Part shown: positions 50,452 to 58,784 of the stretch, one piece after another
How positions within the stretch are numbered: position 1 is the stretch's first letter
Layout of the letters: every line of letters starts with the position of its first letter
NCBI GenBank assembly: GCA_964424565.1
Contig: CAYRIZ010000001.1
Coordinates: 27,450-91,449, forward strand
Direction of reading: 5' to 3'
Length of the DNA: 64,000 bases
DNA from: an uncultured Enterobacterales bacterium
GTDB lineage: Bacteria > Pseudomonadota > Gammaproteobacteria > Enterobacterales > Succinivibrionaceae
Notes under the pieces: generated by a model
Databases searched by the model: none
Told to the model about the DNA's origin: nothing
The model's input: the letters and a program-made list of their open reading frames with translations, nothing else
Program-made: the position numbers and the translations under genes

Positions 50452-51162
50452 ATGAGCCGCTATTTTGACCATATACCAGGTCCGCCCCCGCCGCAGTCCT
50501 TATCCGAGCTCAAGGCGCGGCTGGATCTCATCATGGGCTTTACCTTGGGCGAGCTGGCCGCCCCCCTGCATATTGCCGTACCGGCAGGCTCAGTGCACTC
50601 CAAAGGCTGGGCCGGGGAATTCGTCGAGCTGCTGCTCGGCGCCAGAGCCGGAAATCTGCCGCTGCCTGATTTTGTCAATCTGGGCATTGAGCTCAAGACC
50701 ATGCCCATAAACCGTAATTTTGAGCCGCTGGAGAGCACTTTTTTGTGCCATGCCCCGCTGCATCAGGTGCGCGGGCAGAGCTTTGAGCAAAGCGCCCTGG
50801 CCGGCAAGACCGCCGCCATGCTGTTTGTCTTCATCCTAACCGGGCGCGGCATGCCTCCGGCCAGGCGCCGGCTGATCGACTACTATCTCTTTGTGCCCAC
50901 GCCGGATGAGCGCGCGCAGATCAAAGCCGATTTTGATGAGCTGATGGAACTGGCCGCCGCCGGCCGGACAGCGCAGATCACCGCCCATCTGGGCACCATT
51001 ATTCAGCTGCGGCCCAAATGCGCCGACGGCTCACAGCTGGTGCCCTGCATAGATGAGGAAGGACAGCTTTCCGCCACCAGGCCGCGCGGCTTTTACCTGC
51101 GGCGGGAGTTCAACAGGATCATCTGCAGCCGGGCGGCGGCCGGCAGAAAACTGCCGCTGTAA
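50452..51162 (+). CDS. mutH: DNA mismatch repair endonuclease MutH
   Basis: LGELAAPLHIAVPAGSVHSKGWAGEFVELLLGARAGNLPLPDFVNLGIELKTMP matches the MutH catalytic D...E.K region. Divergent from rppH, as in E. coli. Confidence 0.9.
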   Translation: MSRYFDHIPGPPPPQSLSELKARLDLIMGFTLGELAAPLHIAVPAGSVHSKGWAGEFVELLLGARAGNLPLPDFVNLGIELKTMPINRNFEPLESTFLCHAPLHQVRGQSFEQSALAGKTAAMLFVFILTGRGMPPARRRLIDYYLFVPTPDERAQIKADFDELMELAAAGRTAQITAHLGTIIQLRPKCADGSQLVPCIDEEGQLSATRPRGFYLRREFNRIICSRAAAGRKLPL

Positions 51163-51379
51163 CTGCTCTTCCGGCGGGTAGTTTGGGGAGCAGTTTTGGG
51201 CCCAGCCTATAAAAATTTGTCTAAAAGTATAATTAGTCCCTACATGGTTCTTTTTGTGTATAATGAACCATAATGCGGGGACAACCCGTGCTAAATAGTT
51301 ATTATTTAAGAAAAAAAACAGCAGCCCGGAAAGGCCGGCCCGGGTGACGGCAGCTGCTTGCAGGCACAGGAGAATAAGC

Positions 51380-51706
51380 ATGAGTGTTTCAAAACGATTT
51401 ACCGACAAAAAACTGACCGTAACCTTTTATATCAAGAGGGAAGCAGCCCAGGGAGCTTCCCGGATCGAGCTGCTGTGCGAGCATAACGGCTGGATGCCGG
51501 TGGCCATGAAGCCGCAGAAGAACGGCACCTTCCGGGGCTCCATCACCATCCCGCGCGACGGACAGTTGTCCTATCAGTACCGCTTCAAGCTCCTGATGTC
51601 CGATGGCAGTGAGAAATTCGACAATGACTGGGATGCCGACGGCTACATAGCCAATCCCTTCGGCGGCGAAAACTCCTACTTCACCACTGAGCCCAAAAAG
51701 AAGTAA
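51380..51706 (+). CDS. Stand-alone CBM48/AMPK-beta-like glycogen-binding domain protein
   Basis: 108 aa from ATG 51380 (AGGAGA 7 nt upstream). KLTVTFYIKREAAQGASRIELLCEHNGWMPVAMKPQKNGTFRGSITIPRDGQLSYQYRFKLL...DNDWDADGYIANPFGGENS fits the E-set/CBM48 pattern. TATAAT hexamers lie at 51228 and 51259 upstream. Confidence 0.65.
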   Translation: MSVSKRFTDKKLTVTFYIKREAAQGASRIELLCEHNGWMPVAMKPQKNGTFRGSITIPRDGQLSYQYRFKLLMSDGSEKFDNDWDADGYIANPFGGENSYFTTEPKKK

Positions 51707-51803
51707 ATTCCCCGGCAGCCTTCCCCACCGGGTCTGGTCAGACTGCCGCCTGACCGGCCTGCAAAGCCGCAGCACCCTGCTGCGGCATTTTTATGTTCAG
51801 TTT

Positions 51804-53552
51804 TCAGTCAGCGCTTTTAACCGACTTGGGCCGGCGGGACAGTACCGCCCCATCGCGTTTGCCCTTGGCAATCACCCGGGCTTTGGCCCTGGCCTGTTTC
51901 TGCGCGGCATGCGCGTAGCGGCGCTGCGTCTCCGCTTCCCGGCGCTGCTGGCGCATTTTGCTCTGCGTCAGTCTCTTCTGAGCCGGCTTTTCATCTGCAT
52001 AAGGATTGCTGCCCTCGCGGAATTCCAAAATCACCGGCGTACCCATGATCTGCAGGGACTTGCGGAAGCAGTTAATCAAATAGCGGCGGTAGGCATCGGG
52101 CATCTTGGAGACCTTATTGCCGTGGATCACTATGCGCGGCGGATTGTAGCCGCCGGCATGGGCATACTTGAGCTTGATGCGCCGGCCGCCGGATACCGGA
52201 GGCTCATGCTCCTGCACGGCTGCCGCCAGAATGCGGTTGAGCAGAGAGGAGGAGTGACGGGTGGTGGCTGATTTATAGGCCTCATCTATGGAATCAAAGA
52301 GATTGCCCACACCTGTGCCGTGCAGGGCGGAAATAAAGTGCACCCGGGCAAAATCCACAAAGCCCAGGCGCTGATCCAGCTCGCGGCGGATCTCGTCCTT
52401 ATACTCGGCAGTAAGTCCGTCCCACTTGTTGACCGCTATCACCAGCGATCTGCCGGAATCGAGAATAAAGCTCAGCAGCGAAAGATCCTGATCGGAAAGA
52501 CCCTCGCGGGCATCTATGATCAGCACGGCCACATTGCAGTCCTCAATGGCCTTTAAGGTCTTGACCACCGAGAACTTCTCTATGGCCAGATTGATCTTGC
52601 GGCGGCGGCGCACACCGGCTGTGTCTATTACTATGTATTTACGGCCGTCGCGCTCCAGCGGAATATAAATGCTGTCGCGGGTGGTACCGGGCATGTCGGC
52701 CACCACCACGCGCTCCTCGCCCAGCAGGCGGTTGGTCAGCGTGGACTTGCCTACATTGGGCTTGCCGATCAGGGCAAATTTTACCGGCAGATCGGCAAAG
52801 GGCACGTTTTCCTGCTCAGTCGCCTGCTGATCTGCCTGCTCTGCTCCGGCGGCATCGCGGCCGAGCTGCTGCTGCAGATCTGCTCTCTGCTTTTCCCTGA
52901 AGGCATGCCAGTCAAAACCGCCGCCGGTCTTGTCGGCCGGGACGTTATCCAGGAAGTCATAGCCCTCTTCCCACTGTGAACGGGGTTTGGCAAAGGGAGA
53001 GAGATTTTCCTCTTCCTCCTCAGGCTCCACATCGCTTTCCAGCGGGCCTTCCTCACGCAGCACGGGAGCGATCACATCCTCGATCAGCGCAGTGACGCCG
53101 CGGCCGTGGGCAGCGGCAATCTGATGTACCTCGCCCAAACCCAGGGCATAAAAATCGCTGCCGGCATAATCAGGATCGAGGCCGTCTATCTTATTGGCCA
53201 CCAGGGCACAGGGTTTGCCGGAGCGGCGGATATGGGCCGCCACCTGCAGATCGCCAGGCAGCAGACCGGCCTTGGCATCCACCAGGAAAATTACCAAATC
53301 GCTTTCCGCTATGGCCTGCAGGGCCTGATCGGTCATGCGGGAAGTCAGATCCGACGGCTGTTCGGCGTCTTCGGCAATACCTCCGGTGTCAATGACTATA
53401 TATTCACGACCGTCAAACATGGCACGGCCGTATTTGCGGTCACGGGTCAGGCCCGGGAAATCCGCCACCAGGGCATCACGGGTCTTGGTCAGACGGTTAA
53501 ATAAGGTGGATTTGCCTACATTGGGGCAGCCCACCAGGGCAACTACTTTCAT
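51804..53552 (-). CDS. der: Ribosome-associated GTPase Der (EngA) with an expanded inter-domain linker
   Basis: Two G domains ([17 protein letters not shown]...DTGG...NKID, and [17 protein letters not shown]...DTAG...NKWD) plus a KH-like domain and a basic tail. Start at ATG 53552. The linker between G domains is about 90 aa, acidic and Gln-rich. Confidence 0.95.
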   Translation of the reverse strand: MKVVALVGCPNVGKSTLFNRLTKTRDALVADFPGLTRDRKYGRAMFDGREYIVIDTGGIAEDAEQPSDLTSRMTDQALQAIAESDLVIFLVDAKAGLLPGDLQVAAHIRRSGKPCALVANKIDGLDPDYAGSDFYALGLGEVHQIAAAHGRGVTALIEDVIAPVLREEGPLESDVEPEEEEENLSPFAKPRSQWEEGYDFLDNVPADKTGGGFDWHAFREKQRADLQQQLGRDAAGAEQADQQATEQENVPFADLPVKFALIGKPNVGKSTLTNRLLGEERVVVADMPGTTRDSIYIPLERDGRKYIVIDTAGVRRRRKINLAIEKFSVVKTLKAIEDCNVAVLIIDAREGLSDQDLSLLSFILDSGRSLVIAVNKWDGLTAEYKDEIRRELDQRLGFVDFARVHFISALHGTGVGNLFDSIDEAYKSATTRHSSSLLNRILAAAVQEHEPPVSGGRRIKLKYAHAGGYNPPRIVIHGNKVSKMPDAYRRYLINCFRKSLQIMGTPVILEFREGSNPYADEKPAQKRLTQSKMRQQRREAETQRRYAHAAQKQARAKARVIAKGKRDGAVLSRRPKSVKSAD

Positions 53553-53759
53553 AAAAATACCTGCGTACCTACCAGAGCGCATCCGGCCTCTCCGGTACGC
53601 TCTTCCACCAAAATGAACAATGCAAAAAGATTACAGGGCTTTTTCCCGGCCTCTGCTGTCCCGCGGGGCCTAAACCACACCCCGGGCGCTGCCGGAACAA
53701 AGAAGAAATTAAGGACAAACCGGCGCCGCTTGCACCGGCTGCCTGGTAGAAACCCCGGA

Positions 53760-53768
53760 ATTATAGCA
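53760..53768 (-). promoter_or_regulatory. Extended -10 promoter element (TGcTATAAT, minus strand), candidate der promoter
   Basis: The minus strand reads aaacTGcTATAATtccgg, with an A7 tract just upstream, about 200 nt upstream of the der ATG. Confidence 0.4.
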
Positions 53769-53893
53769 GTTTCCGGCTTTTTTTCGGCATTTTCCGGTCT
53801 TATTGCCGGATCATGCCGCCGAAGACAGGCGCTCATAGTAAACTTACAGCAATTTTCCTCAGATAACCCCGCCTCAATCATGGGAGTACCACC

Positions 53894-54760
53894 GTGGCCA
53901 ATATCAGTGATCTGCTGCAGGATTTTACCGAAAACCTTATACCCCTCACCGCCAGCCGCAAAGATGCGGATGTGCTGATGCCCGGCTGCCATCTGGCAGT
54001 GGACCGTACCCTGTACAGTCATCACGGGATCTATGCCGGCAACGGCAGGGTGATTGCCCATCTCAAGGATAGGGGCGTCATAGAATACAGCATGCGGGAA
54101 TTTGCCGAAGGCGGCGAGATCTATGTCATAGAGCACGGCCGGGATCAGATCTATTCCTATCCGCAGGCCCTGCAGCGCGCCCGCGAGCAGATAGGCCAGG
54201 ACGGCTATCTGCTGCTGAGCCGCAACTGCGAGCATTTTGCCACCTGGTGTCTGACCGGCAAAGCCCGCAGCTCACAGGTGGAAAAGCTGGCGGCAGCCGG
54301 CTTTACCCTGACGGCCATAGCAGCCATTCTCAGAGCCCGCAGCGGCAAATCTCCCCTGCCGGTAGTGGTGGCCGCCCTGGCGGCAGCTGTACTGCTCTCC
54401 CAGGAAAAAGTGCAGGATCTGCTGGGTGAAGCCGGACAGAAAACCATAGATATGTTCAATGAAGCGGCTGCCGGAGCCAAATCATCCCTGCAGTCGGCAG
54501 CAGACGGCATCAGGGACGGTTTTGATGATTTGAGCGCCCGCCTGCCTGATATAGATGAGGTGATGGCAGAACTCCGGTCCCGCCTGGCTGAGGTCACCGA
54601 CAATTTGCCCGAGACTGCGGCCGCAGCCGCCTGGCTGCGGGAGCGTCTGGACGGCCTGGCTGACTATATGCCCGATCCTGCTGCCGTCAAAGAGCAGGTC
54701 TCAAGCGGCATGGAAGAGGTATACACTCAGCTCCGCTCTTTTTGGGAAAAGCTGAAATAG
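53894..54760 (+). CDS. LRAT/PLAAT-like (NlpC/P60 superfamily) Cys-His enzyme with a TM hairpin and a long amphipathic helical tail
   Basis: GTG 53894 (GGGAG 9 nt upstream). GCHLAVDRTLYSHHGIYAGNGRVIAHL (His box) and LLLSRNCEHFATWC (NCEHF catalytic Cys, codon 54227..54229) are the LRAT-family signatures. Then two Ala-rich hydrophobic helices (AAAGFTLTAIAAILRA, PLPVVVAALAAAVLLS) and about 110 aa of apolipoprotein-like helical sequence. Confidence 0.75.
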   Translation: MANISDLLQDFTENLIPLTASRKDADVLMPGCHLAVDRTLYSHHGIYAGNGRVIAHLKDRGVIEYSMREFAEGGEIYVIEHGRDQIYSYPQALQRAREQIGQDGYLLLSRNCEHFATWCLTGKARSSQVEKLAAAGFTLTAIAAILRARSGKSPLPVVVAALAAAVLLSQEKVQDLLGEAGQKTIDMFNEAAAGAKSSLQSAADGIRDGFDDLSARLPDIDEVMAELRSRLAEVTDNLPETAAAAAWLRERLDGLADYMPDPAAVKEQVSSGMEEVYTQLRSFWEKLK

Positions 54761-54806
54761 CCCCTGTTCTGAGCCTGTTTAACCCAAGCATAAGGGGGGA
54801 TATGAG

Positions 54807-55841
54807 ATGCACCAAAGCGGCGGCAAAATTCTGCACACGGTCTGTCCGGTGTGCCGGCAAAACATATACAGGTTAACTCCGGCAGTTTTTGCGCAGAGCT
54901 GTTTTAAATGCGGCCACAAGTGGCAGGCTGACTATACTGAAGTGGCAGGCGTTCCGCCACAGTTTATCCTGCCTGGTGAGGAGGAAACACCTGCTGCCGT
55001 CAGACAGCGGATCTTCAAAGAGGCAACCGGTGCCGGCTCTTTTTTCAAAAGATTAAGGCTGCTCAACCTGCAGAGACTGAAAGCTCTTACCCAGGCCCGC
55101 ATCAACCTCATCTATGTACCCATGTATGCGGTAAAAGGCGTATATGCTGCTACCTGGAATGAGCATCGCGACAAACGGGTCAAAAAGCGCAAATACAACC
55201 AAACTACCGGCCGCTACGAACAGGTCACGGCCAAAAAGGACTACATAGTCCATCAAAGCGACACAGGGAACTTTGAGGTGCTGATCAGTGCCCACAATTT
55301 GGCGGATCTGCCCGCGGTTATGCAGTCTTGCGCTGACATTTTGGTAACCTCAGTGACTGATGCCCAGGCTTTTGCAGATTGTCCCCCCGATGAGAACAGG
55401 GCACTTACCGTCAGCGCCGATCTTAGTGCGGCCAAGGCTTACCAAACCTATGGCAACAAAGGGGTGAAAAAACATCTGGCCCAAAGCATCAAAGGCACCC
55501 GCCTGTCAGTTAAAACAGAGGCGGACACCACCCATTCCCCCTGCGTGCTGGTTCCGTTTTACTACGGACACGCGGACTGGGAACAAGGACTGGAGTGTGC
55601 AGGCTGTAATGCTGCCGGCAGATTTAATCTGGAAAGCAGCCGCCCACTGGTGTCCGGCATCCTGCCTATAGCCACAGCCCTTATAGCCGGCGGACTTTGT
55701 GGCTTTTTAACGCAAATGTCTCAGGGCGGTATTATGGCCGCCGGCGGTATGGCCGGTCTGCTGACCTATGCCCTGCTGCTCATCAGACAAAACAAGGTGG
55801 TAGGAGAGCTTGCGGAGAGCCTGCACAGACCTGCTCAATAA
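54807..55841 (+). CDS. Zinc-ribbon protein with a C-terminal glycine-zipper TM hairpin (uncharacterised)
   Basis: 344 aa with GGGGGGA before ATG 54807. N-terminal CPVC-x15-CFKC zinc ribbon, a central domain of about 230 aa that I cannot place, and a C-terminal GILPIATALIAGGLCGFLTQMSQGGIMAAGGMAGLLTYALLLI (two Gly/Ala-zipper helices). Lies 46 nt downstream of the LRAT-like gene. Confidence 0.65.
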   Translation: MHQSGGKILHTVCPVCRQNIYRLTPAVFAQSCFKCGHKWQADYTEVAGVPPQFILPGEEETPAAVRQRIFKEATGAGSFFKRLRLLNLQRLKALTQARINLIYVPMYAVKGVYAATWNEHRDKRVKKRKYNQTTGRYEQVTAKKDYIVHQSDTGNFEVLISAHNLADLPAVMQSCADILVTSVTDAQAFADCPPDENRALTVSADLSAAKAYQTYGNKGVKKHLAQSIKGTRLSVKTEADTTHSPCVLVPFYYGHADWEQGLECAGCNAAGRFNLESSRPLVSGILPIATALIAGGLCGFLTQMSQGGIMAAGGMAGLLTYALLLIRQNKVVGELAESLHRPAQ

Positions 55842-55911
55842 AAGGACTAAAAGGACTCAGCTCCCTCTGCCCTGCCCATCATCTGCCCCTGTCCCGTCTG
55901 CGGCCGGAATT

Positions 55912-55938
55912 AAAAAGGGGCAACACTCAGGCTGCCCC
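55912..55938 (-). terminator. Rho-independent terminator of bamB
   Basis: The minus strand reads ggggca-gcctgagtgt-tgcccc followed by TTTTTAATT. Stems at 55917..55922 and 55933..55938, about 47 nt after the bamB stop. Confidence 0.6.
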
Positions 55939-55984
55939 CCTCATCATATGCTTTATAGGCTTTTGTTGTGCTGCTAACTAAGTC

Positions 55985-57610
55985 TTAAATACCAAAGCCC
56001 GCGGCCTTTTCCTGGTAATCCTCAGGCTTAGGCAGTTCAGCGGCCGGCGGCGGAGTTACTGCTTCTCCCTGCGGGGCTGCGGCTTCCTGAGGCTCTCCCT
56101 CACCGCTGTCGGACTTGACGCCGCTCATGATGCCGAAACCGGCCAGGCGCTCGCGTTCAGCCTGCTGAATGGCTTCCATACGGGCCTCGTATTCGGCACG
56201 GCGCTGCTCATAGGCGCGGCGCTCGGCTTCAGCTGCCCGCTGTCTGGCCTCCACTTCCGCGGCCATGCGGAGAATGGCCTGACGTCTGGCCATCAGCTCT
56301 TCATAGGAAATGTCATCAGGAGCATAGATACCGGTGGATCCCACTCCCGGCAGGGCAAAGGAAGCCTGCAGGCCGGCATAGTCCTTGAGCTGATGTAAGG
56401 CAAATTCCTTGACCCGGGCAGATCCTGAAGGATCGTAATTGAGGCAGTAGAGATCGCCGTCGCGGCTCTGCAGATAGAGATTGCCGTCTGCCTGCAGCGG
56501 GGCATGATAGAAGCCTGAGCTGTCGAGCTCGTCGAGGTACTCGATGACGCCGGTGGCCAGATTGATAAAGTAGATATAACCCTCAAAGTCCCCCACCACT
56601 ACATAGTCGCCGTAAATTACCGGCTCGGTTAAATTGCGGTAGGTCAGGGAATTTAAGGTCCAGCGCTCGGAATTGTCGGCTCTGTTGACGCAGACTATGC
56701 TGTCATTTTCTTCCACAATCACTATGGAATCGGCATCGACGGCGGGAGCGGCGGCACTGTTGTAGGCCAGGCGGTTTTCAAAGCTCTGGCTGCTGAAGGA
56801 GTAGGAGGCAAAACCACCGCGGAATGAAGTCACATACATGGTGTCGCCCAGCAGCAGAGGCGTGGAGGAAATATCACGCAGTCTCTGCAGCACATTGGAG
56901 CCGCTGCTCTGGGAAACCACGATCTGATTTACTATGGCACCGTTCTGCTGTGAGATCACGCTGACCCGGCCGGAGCTTTCTCCTATGATCACATAGTCAT
57001 CACCTATCACCACCGGATCACCCTGGGCCCGCAGGCGCAGGGAAGGGTTGCCGGAGCCGGAGACCCATAATTTAGCTCCGTCAGCCAGATTGTAGGCCGA
57101 AAGTCTGCCCTGACTGTCAAAGACGAAGATCTTGTCTGCGCTCTGGGAGAAGGCGGGTTTGGAAATCACTTCCGCGCCTACGTAGGCCTTCCAGAGCAGA
57201 GAGCCGTCTATGGAGTTGAGCACATAAATATAGCCGTTTTCCGAGCCTACAGCAGTCCTGCCGGCATAGGCAGAAACACCGCCGGAGAGGCGGGCAGATC
57301 TGCGGCCGTCGTTTTCATCCTCATCATCCAAATCCACATGCCAAATCTTTTTGCCGGTGGCGGACACGAGGGCATAAACATCACCGTCGCGGCCGGCGGC
57401 ATAGATGGTGCCGGAAGCAAAGGCAGGGGAGAGAGAGGAGTAGAACTCGCCGACGCCGCCGACGTCGTAGCTCCACTGCTCCTGTGGCGCAAATCTGTTG
57501 GTTACTACAGGCACTTCAGCCGGGGCATAGAGATCCTCTCCTGAAGAGCAGCCAAACAGCAGTGCTGCACTCAAAGGCAGGATTAGGATGAATTTATTCA
57601 GATGCAACAT
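55985..57610 (-). CDS. bamB: Outer-membrane protein assembly factor BamB with a C-terminal extension of about 150 aa
   Basis: Lipoprotein signal MLHLNKFILILPLSAALLFGC. PQQ-like beta-propeller repeats (GTIYAAGRDGDVYAL, NGYIYVLNSIDGSLLW, DGNLYLQSRDGDLYCL) fill residues 1 to about 392, the full length of E. coli BamB. Residues 393..541 are extra. Confidence 0.88.
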   Translation of the reverse strand: MLHLNKFILILPLSAALLFGCSSGEDLYAPAEVPVVTNRFAPQEQWSYDVGGVGEFYSSLSPAFASGTIYAAGRDGDVYALVSATGKKIWHVDLDDEDENDGRRSARLSGGVSAYAGRTAVGSENGYIYVLNSIDGSLLWKAYVGAEVISKPAFSQSADKIFVFDSQGRLSAYNLADGAKLWVSGSGNPSLRLRAQGDPVVIGDDYVIIGESSGRVSVISQQNGAIVNQIVVSQSSGSNVLQRLRDISSTPLLLGDTMYVTSFRGGFASYSFSSQSFENRLAYNSAAAPAVDADSIVIVEENDSIVCVNRADNSERWTLNSLTYRNLTEPVIYGDYVVVGDFEGYIYFINLATGVIEYLDELDSSGFYHAPLQADGNLYLQSRDGDLYCLNYDPSGSARVKEFALHQLKDYAGLQASFALPGVGSTGIYAPDDISYEELMARRQAILRMAAEVEARQRAAEAERRAYEQRRAEYEARMEAIQQAERERLAGFGIMSGVKSDSGEGEPQEAAAPQGEAVTPPPAAELPKPEDYQEKAAGFGI

Positions 57611-57674
57611 AATAAACCGTCAGGCGTTGATTTAAGCTAAGGCAGTGCCGGCAGGACGCCGGCTTTTTTACCCT

Positions 57675-57680
57675 ATTATA
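57675..57680 (-). promoter_or_regulatory. Candidate -10 box (TATAAT on minus strand) upstream of bamB
   Basis: The minus strand reads gctaaTATAATagggt, about 65 nt upstream of the bamB ATG. The -35 is weak. Confidence 0.3.
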
Positions 57681-57717
57681 TTAGCTGTTGCAGATTTTGA
57701 CTGCAAAAATTGCGCCG

Positions 57718-58647
57718 TCAGCCCAGGCGCAGAGCAGAGAGCAGCTCCTCTCGCACGGCCGCCGCGTCTACCTCAGTGAGGATTTGATGGCAGGTGCAGT
57801 CCTGAAAGTTGCTGTCGGCCGGCATGGAGCCAGGCGGAGTCACGCTCTGCCCTATGCTGATGCCGGAGGTGATCACCCGGCAGGGCCGATGTATGCCGGC
57901 AAAGGCCTCAGGCTGCCTGAGATAAGCCACGGTCAGGGCATCGTGCACTGCCATGCCGTAGAAGCCTTCCTCCTGCTGAGAAAACTCCAGATATACCCGG
58001 CTGATGTCCCTGAGGAAGGGATCGTTGAGGGAAGCTACCTCCTCCCCGGTCAGCTGCACCTCACAGGTGACATCCAGCGGCACTATAGTAATCGGCCAGT
58101 CCGAGCGCAGCACCTGATCGGCCGCCTGCGGATCGGACCAAAAGTTGAATTCCGCAAAGTTCGACATATTGCCGTAATGGCCGTGATGCCCAAAGGCTCC
58201 GCCCATGATCACCAGCTCCCGCAGAGAGCGGCCCAGCTCCGGGCGCAGGTTCATGAGTACAGCTATATTGGTCAGCGGACCTATGGCCAGAATGGATACT
58301 TCACCCGGATGCTTCTGTATGGTATTGATGAGGAAATTTATGGCATCGGGAGCGTCGGCGCTGCAGGGATTGTCATACACCCCGCCCAGGCCGTCTGCCC
58401 CGTGAATATTGAAGCAGGGCTCCCCCGGCTCCTGCACCAGCGGACGGGTGGCGCCGCGGCAGACCTGAGCCTTGATGCCGTAGTGGGCACAGCAGAATTT
58501 GGCATTTTTGGCGGCCATATCCACCGGGACATTGCCGCATACCGTGGTAACACCCAGCACTTCACAGCTCAGCTGGGCATAGCGCAGGGCAAAGGCATCA
58601 TCTACGCCTATATCAGTATCTATGATGACTTTTCGCTTCTCAGACAT
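57718..58647 (-). CDS. Nucleoside hydrolase (IUNH/Rih family)
   Basis: MSEKRKVIIDTDIGVDDAFALRYA is the N-terminal DxDxxxDD aspartate cluster of nucleoside hydrolases; also ILAIGPLTNIA. Start at ATG 58647 (309 aa). Confidence 0.88.
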   Translation of the reverse strand: MSEKRKVIIDTDIGVDDAFALRYAQLSCEVLGVTTVCGNVPVDMAAKNAKFCCAHYGIKAQVCRGATRPLVQEPGEPCFNIHGADGLGGVYDNPCSADAPDAINFLINTIQKHPGEVSILAIGPLTNIAVLMNLRPELGRSLRELVIMGGAFGHHGHYGNMSNFAEFNFWSDPQAADQVLRSDWPITIVPLDVTCEVQLTGEEVASLNDPFLRDISRVYLEFSQQEEGFYGMAVHDALTVAYLRQPEAFAGIHRPCRVITSGISIGQSVTPPGSMPADSNFQDCTCHQILTEVDAAAVREELLSALRLG

Positions 58648-58784
58648 AAAACACTCCACCTCAGTTCTGCAGCTCCGGCGGCAAAATCCCAAAAACCAGG
58701 GCGCCCTGCTGTGTGATCCCACAGCCCCAGGCGCCCTGCTGCGGCAGCTGCAGGCTGCCTTAAACAATTAAAACCCCAAACAGT

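Noticed and set aside
53755-53784. ccggaa/ttccgg hairpin followed by T7 on the plus strand: possible orphan terminator of a small RNA between der and the LRAT gene
   Set aside because: The stem is only 6 bp, and I could not find an upstream plus-strand promoter. The same bases encode the extended -10 (TGcTATAAT) and A-tract of a plausible der promoter on the minus strand. It remains unresolved without transcript data.
53549-54235. 228 aa minus-strand ORF, and the 121 aa plus-strand ORF at 53613..53978, spanning the der/LRAT intergenic region
   Set aside because: Both overlap the LRAT-like gene or the promoter region. They have no SD and no motifs, and the composition there looks non-coding (AT-rich patches, hairpins).
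57647-57669. gccggc-aggac-gccggc hairpin followed by T6 on the plus strand, between bamB and the hydrolase
   Set aside because: It is oriented as a plus-strand terminator, but there is no plus-strand gene upstream. On the minus strand it falls in the probable bamB 5' UTR. I treat it as a leader structure, not a terminator.
57688-58716. 342 aa plus-strand ORF overlapping the nucleoside hydrolase
   Set aside because: The minus-strand frame carries the DTDIGVDD nucleoside-hydrolase signature and a proper SD. The plus-strand translation is featureless.
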